A stretch of DNA of 10,036 bases from Hadesarchaea archaeon (GCA_030619825.1 JAUXAS010000031.1:1-10036), one strand, 5' to 3'. Counted from the stretch's first letter, positions 1 to 6,270 are shown. The notes: generated by a model from the sequence alone, not told the origin. Numbers and translations are program-made.

Positions 1-1
1 G

Positions 2-424
2 AGTTTTCCTGGCGTTATCTATAAATCCGGACATCCTCGAGCATCTTTCCTCATCTTCGCATCGGGGAAGATGAACTGCGTCGGTGCCAGCAGCATGAGC
101 GACGCTAAGCAGGCGATATGGAAGCTTACGAGAAAGCTCAGAAAAGCACGCATAAAGGTGAAAACGGATCCAAAAGTCAAGGTTCAGAATATCGTGGCAT
201 CCGTTGATTTCGGCAGGAAGTTCGATCTCGAGCATATAGCTCGTAGTTTCGAGAACACTGAATATGAGCCGGAGGTTTTTCCAGGCCTTGTGTTCAGGCT
301 CGAAGATCCCAAAGCGGTGTTGTTGCTCTTCGTATCTGGGAAGGGGGTATGCGCCGGGGCGAAGAGCATGAGAGATGTAAAAAGAGCGGCTCAAAAAACA
401 AGCAAAATCCTCCAACGACATTAA
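2..424 (+). CDS. tbp: TATA-box-binding protein (archaeal TBP), 5'-truncated by the window edge; divergent sequence
   Basis: The frame is open from nt 2 (SFPGVIYKSGHPRASFLIFASGKMNCVGA...). The second repeat reads VQNIVAS...FDLE...EYEPEVFPGLVFRLEDPKAVLLLFVSGKGVCAGAK, matching the two-repeat TBP signature. The ATG at 71 in the ORF track is internal. Confidence 0.95.
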   Translation, partial: SFPGVIYKSGHPRASFLIFASGKMNCVGASSMSDAKQAIWKLTRKLRKARIKVKTDPKVKVQNIVASVDFGRKFDLEHIARSFENTEYEPEVFPGLVFRLEDPKAVLLLFVSGKGVCAGAKSMRDVKRAAQKTSKILQRH

Positions 425-431
425 AACCCCA

Positions 432-459
432 CCCTCAAAAAAGAAGCGGTTTTTGGGGG
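432..459 (+). terminator. Hairpin just after the tbp stop; possible terminator
   Basis: CCCTCAAAAA (432-441) pairs with TTTTTGGGGG (450-459), 10 bp with one G-U. There are T-runs on both strands. Confidence 0.4.
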
Positions 460-535
460 ATTTGCATGTTCGCCGCTCTCAGCTGGCTTGGGTTGGCTGA
501 GACATGATGTCAGCATGCCCCGATGACTATTTTTT
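437..535. ncRNA. Candidate structured RNA of unknown class, strand uncertain
   Basis: Nested stems GCATGTT(464-470)/AGCATGC(512-518) and TCTCAGC(477-483)/GCTGAGA(496-502), with flanking GGG/CCC. A possible pseudoknot pairs AGCGG(445-449) with CCGCT(473-477). There is a minus-strand TATA-like TTAAAATT at 552-545 and a minus-strand T6 at 442-437. Confidence 0.3.
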
Positions 536-576
536 GATGTCGAAAATTTTAACCCTAATTTTTGATACCCTTTTAT

Positions 577-813
577 TCATTTCTCCAACCGCTCTAGAAC
601 TTTCTTGAGTCTCGCTAGCATCTCCCGCTTCAGCCCGATGAAGACTCCGCCGGGCTTGCCGCTCACGAAGGTCGCCTCATTCGGTTTGATGATCTCGTTC
701 AGGATCGGCGCCTCGATATCGATGTGTGGGATCTTCGAACGCGTCGCAGGGTCGCGCTTGTGGATGTAGACTTTCGCCTCGATTTCAATCTTGCTTTCGG
801 CCGGACCCGTCAT
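577..813 (-). CDS. Small hypothetical protein (78 aa)
   Basis: ATG start with SD-like AGGTGG (825-820) 6 nt upstream, and a TATA-like TTTATCAA (853-846). Composition is protein-like with an amphipathic C-terminal helix. No family recognised. Confidence 0.8.
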   Translation of the reverse strand: MTGPAESKIEIEAKVYIHKRDPATRSKIPHIDIEAPILNEIIKPNEATFVSGKPGGVFIGLKREMLARLKKVLERLEK

Positions 814-845
814 ACTGTTCCACCTAAACCCTCTGACGTGCTCAA

Positions 846-862
846 CTTGATAAACCTTCTTG
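846..862 (-). promoter_or_regulatory. Putative BRE/TATA promoter of the 78-aa ORF
   Basis: The minus strand reads CAAGAAGG-TTTATCAA: a purine-rich BRE-like run and a TATA-like box about 33 nt upstream of the ATG. Confidence 0.45.
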
Positions 863-889
863 CAAAATTCCCCGATGTCTGCCTCAACT

Positions 890-897
890 TTTTTATG
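890..897 (+). promoter_or_regulatory. Putative TATA box of the antisense small RNA
   Basis: TTTTTATG sits at -30 to -23 relative to G920, the first base of the tRNA-complementary stretch. Confidence 0.5.
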
Positions 898-919
898 CCT
901 GCAAAATCCAACAATAAAT

Positions 920-974
920 GGGTGACAGCCGGGTAGGTAATGTCCGGCAGCTGAAAGCTTGCCGGGCTTTTTTT
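920..974 (+). ncRNA. Predicted small RNA antisense to the spliced tRNA-Asp anticodon arm
   Basis: 920-938 GGGTGACAGCCGGGTAGGT is the exact reverse complement of mature tRNA positions 22-40 (ACCUACCCGGCUGUCA^CCC) across the splice junction. A GC-rich hairpin (942-967) and T7 (968-974) follow, and a TATA-like box lies at the expected distance upstream. Confidence 0.7.
942..974 (+). terminator. Hairpin plus oligo-T 3' end of the predicted sRNA
   Basis: GTCCGGCA-GC-TGAAA-GC-T-TGCCGGGC (about 10 bp, one G-U, one bulged U) is directly followed by TTTTTTT. Confidence 0.65.
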
Positions 975-1038
975 ATTTAGTGGTTTTTTCGGCGCTAATC
1001 AAATTGCATTGCCCCACGTTCCCGTGCACATGGGTGCG

Positions 1039-1131
1039 CGGGGGCGCCGAGACTCGAACTCAGATCTCCCGGGTCCTACCCCAGGGGCAGTAGATGACAG
1101 CCGGGTAGGTTACCTGTTACCCCACACCCCC
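1039..1131 (-). tRNA. tRNA-Asp(GUC) with a 21-nt canonical (37/38) intron at 1094-1074; atypical A15-U48; CCA not encoded
   Basis: The reverse complement folds as a cloverleaf: acceptor GGGGGTG/CGCCCCC, D-arm GGGT-AACAGGTA-ACCT, anticodon stem CCCGG/CCGGG with loop CT-GTC-A^C, T-arm CTGAG-TTCGAGT-CTCGG, discriminator G73. Asp identity elements GUC, C38, G73 and G10-U25 are present. Confidence 0.93.
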
Positions 1132-1166
1132 AGCTACCATGCCACCAAGGCTTGGGGTGGAGGTTG

Positions 1167-1174
1167 TTTATATG
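1167..1174 (-). promoter_or_regulatory. Putative TATA box of the tRNA-Asp gene
   Basis: Minus-strand CATATAAA about 36 nt upstream of tRNA position 1, implying a short 5' leader. Confidence 0.55.
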
Positions 1175-1207
1175 AAGGAAAACAATGGCTGAAATAAGAA
1201 AATCATT

Positions 1208-1591
1208 CTATCCAATCTCAACAGTCGCTTCGTCCGCATCCACTACTAGCTTATCTCCTGTCTTGATCTTGTCGATGTCAATCCCATCAACACAAGGTAT
1301 TCCCGCTAGGATAACTCCCGTCGCCACAATCGTTTCCGTCTCCTTGTTAATGATTGCAGCTGGCGCCATCCCATTCTTCTTCAAACCATAGATAACGTAA
1401 GAACCGACCGTGGAGCCCTTCCCTTGAGGGAAAACCAATATTTTATCCCTCACCGATTTTCCCTCGAGCTCGTGCCCCTTCTCGATGACCACGCCAGTTT
1501 TCGGGTCTATCCCGCCGTAGAACCCTACCGGCTCCCTCGAAACCATAGCCTCGCCCCGAGCCTTCCCCGGACTGATCATCCGACCCCTCAT
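1208..1591 (-). CDS. Phosphomevalonate dehydratase small subunit (aconitase X swivel domain, DUF126)
   Basis: Motifs FYGGIDPKTG, HELEGKSV and FPQGKGSTVGSYVIY. ATGA overlap with the large-subunit stop codon. Confidence 0.93.
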   Translation of the reverse strand: MRGRMISPGKARGEAMVSREPVGFYGGIDPKTGVVIEKGHELEGKSVRDKILVFPQGKGSTVGSYVIYGLKKNGMAPAAIINKETETIVATGVILAGIPCVDGIDIDKIKTGDKLVVDADEATVEIG

Positions 1592-2775
1592 GCGCTTCGT
1601 CCCTCCAACAGATCGTCGAGGCTCTTGAACACGACCTGTTGCTTACAGAACCCAGGAAGATAGTTTGCAGCCTTTCCCGAGTTGACTCCAGTGGTCTTGT
1701 AGCCCATCCGCTCGATCGGGGAGACCACGGTACAAGTGTCGGCCACCACCTTCCCTCCGGCTTTTTCTATAATTTCGGTGAAGCCCATGCGAGTCGCGGC
1801 CTCCTTGGTGACGCGCGAGGTGCATATCCAGAGCGGTCCCCGGAGGCGTTTCCCCTCGAGCTTGCAGGCGAGCGTGGCTATCTCCTTCAGCGAGGCATGG
1901 GGGCAGCCCAAGATGACTATGTCTGGGTCCTTCCCGGTGTTCAGTGCCTTGTAGGTTTCGCGTAGCTCTCGTTCACCCACATCAATCGTTTCCAGCCCTT
2001 CAGTATTCATGAGGTTAGCTTCCGGAGTCAAGCTCTCCGCGTGATACAGCGCCACAGCACCCGACGCAGCCATCGCGGCCCCTAGTGCCTTCAACTGGTC
2101 GACATCTGCATGCTCGATTCCTCTAAAATACGGGATTCCCTTCTTGACGAGCTTCCCGACGTGGTAGCCCAGGGCGCCGAAATCCGAGTTGTCCTTCAGC
2201 TCGGCACTGACTTTCACCACCACGCTCGGCTTTCGGTTCTCGTCCAGATGCAACCCGTAGTTTGGAGTCACCCCGCAGAGCGCCGCGGCCAGTGCGGATG
2301 GCCCTCCTTCCCGGTTCGTGCGCGCCCCGATCACCGAGTTAGCGAACGAGACCGCGGATGACTCGGACCAAGCGATGTGCTCCCCGAAGCGCGGGAGGTT
2401 CCCTACGAGGTATGGGGTGCAAGTGGCGGTCATCATTATACTCATTTTCTTGAAGGCGTCCATTATCTGCAGCTGCTTCTCAGCAAAATCCTCGGGAAAA
2501 CCTAGCTCCTTCCAGTCCACGAGATCCATGCCAGGTGGGTTCAAGGTGGTGGGGACTCGGACCTTCGCTCCCTTGCCCGCCATATCTTCGAGGAACTCTA
2601 GCCCCGGATCCCCAATCGACTTGTAAGAAACACCCGCGACTTGGACCGACCCCACGGGGATCATGCGGTCGGCGCCGTAGATGTCTCCCAAGCGCGCGAG
2701 CAGGCGAAACATCCGCTCTAGGACTTCCCCCTGCTCCCCTGCCAACATCCGCTCCTGTTCTTTCGTCAGGTACAT
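1588..2775 (-). CDS. Phosphomevalonate dehydratase large subunit (aconitase X catalytic domain, DUF521)
   Basis: MYLTKEQERMLAGE start, GVSYKSIG, TCTPY, AWSESSAVSFANSVIGARTNREG, GCPH, DTC and NSGKAANY, with three Fe-S-ligand cysteines. Operon context with mevalonate kinase and UbiD. Confidence 0.93.
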   Translation of the reverse strand: MYLTKEQERMLAGEQGEVLERMFRLLARLGDIYGADRMIPVGSVQVAGVSYKSIGDPGLEFLEDMAGKGAKVRVPTTLNPPGMDLVDWKELGFPEDFAEKQLQIMDAFKKMSIMMTATCTPYLVGNLPRFGEHIAWSESSAVSFANSVIGARTNREGGPSALAAALCGVTPNYGLHLDENRKPSVVVKVSAELKDNSDFGALGYHVGKLVKKGIPYFRGIEHADVDQLKALGAAMAASGAVALYHAESLTPEANLMNTEGLETIDVGERELRETYKALNTGKDPDIVILGCPHASLKEIATLACKLEGKRLRGPLWICTSRVTKEAATRMGFTEIIEKAGGKVVADTCTVVSPIERMGYKTTGVNSGKAANYLPGFCKQQVVFKSLDDLLEGRSA

Positions 2776-2806
2776 CCTGCCACTAGCTGAAATTTTTTCC
2801 TTTTTA

Positions 2807-4081
2807 TCACGTCAAGTAATCCTTCACATTCAATTTCATGGGGAGTTCCGGCTTTTTGAAATCCTTCGGGTCTCTCCCCGCGGGTATGGTCAGGTCGAAA
2901 CCCATTTTGGTTGTCTCGCGGGTCTCGATGTCCGAAGAGGGATCGAGCGAGGACCCCTTCTCCTTTTTAGTGACAATATCTCGATCACCTTGGAATCGCG
3001 TGGCCATCGCCCACTCGATCTCATTTAGGTTATGAATGTCTATATCGTCATCCACCACCCAGACATGCTTCAACGACTTGTGCCCCTTGAATGCTGCTTC
3101 AATCGCCTTTCTCCCATCGTCCGGATTTTTCTTCTTTATGCTTACGACAGCGTGCAACCACGAACAGCCTCCCGGGGTTATCAAAATGTCCTTGCACTCG
3201 CAGACCTTGCTGACCTCGCGGAATATCGTGGGCTCGCGTGGCATTCCCATCAGGAACTTGTGCTCGAGGGCACCCGGGAGTAACGCTTGGTAAATGGGAT
3301 TCTTCTTCACGAATATTTTCTTTATTTTTGCCACCCGCTGCTTTCTCACGATGTCCGGCGTCTCCGTCAGGTCAAGAAAAGGTCCCTCGTCACGCATTTC
3401 ATCAGTCATTTCGGCTATCATGATTATCTCAGATTCTGGGACCCTGTGCCCTCCTAGCTCAATCAAACTTGTTTCCGCCAAAGCGTTTGCTATGCTGAGC
3501 TCACTTTTCCCGAGTTCTGCGGAAACTGCGGAAGCCACCAAAACCGGCATGGAGTTCCCTATACAGATCGCGAATTCTCGGTTTCCCCGCTTTAGGAATT
3601 CATCGAAATGCCTGGGCAATATCCTTATCACGACCTCGTTTTTCCCTATCACCATCATCCGCTGATACGATGTGTTAAGGCCGAGCTGAGGATCGCTCGC
3701 GACAACTACGCCAGAGGAGATGTAGGGTCCACCATCTAAGGGGTAGTGTGTGAGTATCGGGAGCTTTGTCAGGTCAACATCGATTTCCTCGTAATCTTTT
3801 GCCTCCACCACCTTCGGTTCCTTCGGGTGGTCAACGGCTTCCGTTAATTTACTTATAATTTCGTCCTGCTCGATGCCCAATCCCAGCGTGATCAACTCCC
3901 TCGAGGAACAGATGTTCGCCACCACGGGCATCGAAGATCCTTTGACTTGCTCGAATAGGACCGGTTTCCCATCCAACATCTTCATCAGGGTTGCCATTTC
4001 GTACTTGACGTCCACGGGCCGCTTGATTCTCACCAAAAGCCCCCGCTTATCCAACCTATCGACGAACTCTCGCAGGTTCAT
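2807..4081 (-). CDS. UbiD-family prFMN-dependent decarboxylase, likely trans-anhydromevalonate 5-phosphate decarboxylase
   Basis: DGGPYISSG, EGPFLDLT, GGCSWLHAVVSI, VVDDDIDI, EWAMATRFQ, SSLDPS and KMGFDLT motifs. It lies between mevalonate kinase and the AcnX genes. Confidence 0.9.
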   Translation of the reverse strand: MNLREFVDRLDKRGLLVRIKRPVDVKYEMATLMKMLDGKPVLFEQVKGSSMPVVANICSSRELITLGLGIEQDEIISKLTEAVDHPKEPKVVEAKDYEEIDVDLTKLPILTHYPLDGGPYISSGVVVASDPQLGLNTSYQRMMVIGKNEVVIRILPRHFDEFLKRGNREFAICIGNSMPVLVASAVSAELGKSELSIANALAETSLIELGGHRVPESEIIMIAEMTDEMRDEGPFLDLTETPDIVRKQRVAKIKKIFVKKNPIYQALLPGALEHKFLMGMPREPTIFREVSKVCECKDILITPGGCSWLHAVVSIKKKNPDDGRKAIEAAFKGHKSLKHVWVVDDDIDIHNLNEIEWAMATRFQGDRDIVTKKEKGSSLDPSSDIETRETTKMGFDLTIPAGRDPKDFKKPELPMKLNVKDYLT

Positions 4082-4085
4082 TGAA

Positions 4086-5012
4086 TCATCCTATCCTAGT
4101 CCTCAGGACCTCAAAACCCTCCTTTTCCATCGCCCTCGCTACCTTCTCCTGTAAATCATCCCCCGGGGTGAGGGCGACCATGTTCCCCCCGAGACCCCCT
4201 CCGGTCATCTTTGCCCCGAGGGCACCTTGCTCTCGTGCCAGGGAAACCAAGAAGTCGAGCTCCTTGCACGAAACTTCGATCTCCTGCAGCAACTTGTGAT
4301 TTTCGTCCATCAATCTCCCAACCGACTTCAGATCATAACTCTCGAGCGCTTTCCGAGCTTCGTGTGCCAAGTCCTCCGCTTCTTTAAATATCTTGCCGTA
4401 TTTTTCCGGATATTTTTCCTTCCGCTCGCGAACCCCCGCGACCGCCGCTTTCGTGTCGGCGACGAGCCCGGTGTTCCCCACCACGATCTCGATGGGGCGC
4501 TCCAGCTTCATCCGCTCGATCACGTTCGGGGTCCCCCTCACGAACCAGATTAGCCCTCCGTAGGTCGCCGCGGTGTTGTCGATCCCAGAGGGGGTCCCAT
4601 GATACCCCTTCTCGCCCTCGTAAGCGAGCTCGTTAATCCGATCGTCCGAGAGGCCCAAGTTGAACTCATCTGATAAGGCTCGTGCGATCGCCGTGCAAGA
4701 GGCGGCACTCGCCCCGATCCCGCTTGCCGCAACCAAGTCTCCCTCTAGGATAATTTTGATTGGGTTTCGCGTCGTGTCAATTCCAGCGACTTTCAAAATT
4801 CTTTCCGTCGAGTCCTTTTGTTGCTCAAGCTTTTCCTCCTTGTACCCTGGTGTGGCTTTCCTTTGGTCGTCTATGATCCAGCCCGTGCCCTCGAAAGGTT
4901 CCGCGGTTGCGGTGGTCACTCGATTAATCGCTGATACAATCGAGGGTATGTTATAAACAGTGAAGTGTTCGTTAAACAAAATTACCTTTCCAAATCCGCT
5001 GCCTTTCCCCAT
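4086..5012 (-). CDS. mvk: Mevalonate kinase (GHMP kinase family)
   Basis: GKVILFNEHF, ATP loop SGIGASAA, HGTPSGIDN and GAKMTGGGLGG. SD GGAGG upstream of the ATG. Confidence 0.95.
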   Translation of the reverse strand: MGKGSGFGKVILFNEHFTVYNIPSIVSAINRVTTATAEPFEGTGWIIDDQRKATPGYKEEKLEQQKDSTERILKVAGIDTTRNPIKIILEGDLVAASGIGASAASCTAIARALSDEFNLGLSDDRINELAYEGEKGYHGTPSGIDNTAATYGGLIWFVRGTPNVIERMKLERPIEIVVGNTGLVADTKAAVAGVRERKEKYPEKYGKIFKEAEDLAHEARKALESYDLKSVGRLMDENHKLLQEIEVSCKELDFLVSLAREQGALGAKMTGGGLGGNMVALTPGDDLQEKVARAMEKEGFEVLRTRIG

Positions 5013-5027
5013 CGCCGCCCCTCCGAA

Positions 5028-5636
5028 TTACTTCTCCACGGCTTTCCTTATCTTCTTCAGCTCTTTCAGCATCTCCGAACCGATGTCAGGCGCCGCAGCC
5101 CTGGGCATCCCGAAAAGGGGTCTTCCCCTCACGAGCCCGATTATCGCGTCCCTTATCTCCACGAAATTAGGCACCCCCCAGATGGATGCTTCAGCACCTC
5201 TAGCGCCCGGACCAGCAGCCCCGCCCATCCTGCCCGTATAGCCAGCTGTATGTACCTGCACGGAGCCGATGCCAAAACGCCTCGATATCGGCCCCTGGAT
5301 GACATCGACCGACATCACGCGCGCATAAGGGACAACGTGCTTCATCTTCCACCAAACTCCCCTCTCCACCATTACCTCATCTTCCTTCAACGTGTAGGAG
5401 ATCGAGCCGTAGTACTTTTGGATCCAATAAGCTAGGAAACCGAGAATCGCGAGCACTATGATTAAGGGTATAAAGAGGTATGCCCACGCTACTTGCCATA
5501 CCTCAGGGGCATAGGTAAACACCGCCCAAATCGGCAGCAAAGTTACAATCAATGGTACGATCGCCACGAGTCCGAGGTAAATGAAGTAAACTCTTTTCAA
5601 ATTTGGATGAGGGACGAATTTTTCCCCGATCTTCAA
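5028..5636 (-). CDS. Membrane protein with bacterial PH domain (bPH_2/YdbS-like)
   Basis: Two N-terminal hydrophobic helices, then YTLKEDEVMVERGVWW...VPYARVMSVDVIQGPISRRFGIGSVQVHTAG. TTG start with a GGGGT SD-like run. Confidence 0.85.
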   Translation of the reverse strand: MKIGEKFVPHPNLKRVYFIYLGLVAIVPLIVTLLPIWAVFTYAPEVWQVAWAYLFIPLIIVLAILGFLAYWIQKYYGSISYTLKEDEVMVERGVWWKMKHVVPYARVMSVDVIQGPISRRFGIGSVQVHTAGYTGRMGGAAGPGARGAEASIWGVPNFVEIRDAIIGLVRGRPLFGMPRAAAPDIGSEMLKELKKIRKAVEK

Positions 5637-5697
5637 CTCTACCCCTATTTAGAGAAAACTGCACGTTGTTAAAAGAATATCGATTGGATGGAATTCA

Positions 5698-6246
5698 TTA
5701 CCTGAGTTTAGGCAGGCCGTACAAGCTCGCCCTCATCCTTGGCAACATCGCCATGAAAACCGCTTGCTCGGTTAACCGGGTTCGGGCCAGCCTACCGCGT
5801 GAAAGGTAGCCTATGGCCCCCATACGCTGGCCTATTCGCTCGATGCCCGACAAGCGCTCCATCGCCTCGCCCACCTCCCGCTTGCGAACGAAGACTTCCT
5901 CGGTCACCTTGAGCGGGTACTCAAAGCCGCTGCCGTGTCCGAGCGTGAGGTTGCCTTCGCGGTCGAGGATCGCGCACCACTGAACGTCGACAAAGCCCGA
6001 ACGCGTGCGAGGGGCAGGCGCGAGCCCAGCCTCGATCCCGACGCCGATATCGTAGCTACCTGCCTTCAACGCTTGCTCAGCCCTCGCAACCGCTCCTTGA
6101 ATGGTTTGAGCTTGTCCTAAAGGCTGCCCGAAAGGCTTCTCGACTCCAACCCCTGCGACCCGCACGCGCCTTACAAGTGCGCGAAACACGTTTCGCGTCG
6201 CCCTCAACTTCACCGGGTTCTTTGAGCCAACTGCTACGCGCAACAT
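5698..6246 (-). CDS. yjjX: Inosine/xanthosine triphosphatase (YjjX/DUF84 family)
   Basis: VAVGSKNPVK, QP...TIQGAVARA, GVGIEAG and GAIGYLSRGRLAR motifs. Confidence 0.92.
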   Translation of the reverse strand: MLRVAVGSKNPVKLRATRNVFRALVRRVRVAGVGVEKPFGQPLGQAQTIQGAVARAEQALKAGSYDIGVGIEAGLAPAPRTRSGFVDVQWCAILDREGNLTLGHGSGFEYPLKVTEEVFVRKREVGEAMERLSGIERIGQRMGAIGYLSRGRLARTRLTEQAVFMAMLPRMRASLYGLPKLR

Positions 6247-6270
6247 CGTCCATCCTTAGCTCGACATCTT

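Noticed and set aside
455..530. Fluoride or TPP riboswitch (GTTCGCC, GATGAC and CTGAGA words present)
   Set aside because: The required pairings and remaining conserved motifs are missing, and there is no downstream same-strand gene to regulate.
920..974. Split-tRNA half or C/D box guide RNA
   Set aside because: It has no acceptor, D-loop or T-arm sequence for a tRNA half, and no RUGAUGA/CUGA pair placed correctly around the complementary stretch.
920..1110. 16-nt direct repeat read as attL/attR of a tRNA-integrated mobile element
   Set aside because: The copies are only 172 nt apart with no integrase. The duplicated part is the internal anticodon arm in spliced form rather than the tRNA 3' end.
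920..1110. Direct repeat read as a mini CRISPR array
   Set aside because: There are only two copies, one lies inside a tRNA, the spacing is wrong, and no cas genes are present.
1125..1160. Inverted repeats upstream of the tRNA (CCAAG-G-CTTGG; CACCCC/GGGGTG)
   Set aside because: They are short and GC-rich, and partly upstream of the predicted start site. They could be an operator but cannot be told from chance.
724..1391. Plus-strand ORFs 724-936, 1009-1197 and 1185-1391
   Set aside because: They overlap the small ORF, the tRNA and the AcnX small subunit in antisense, and have no recognisable protein features.
1424..6120. Numerous short ORFs overlapping the minus-strand operon
   Set aside because: These are antisense or off-frame shadows of well-supported genes in GC-rich coding DNA.
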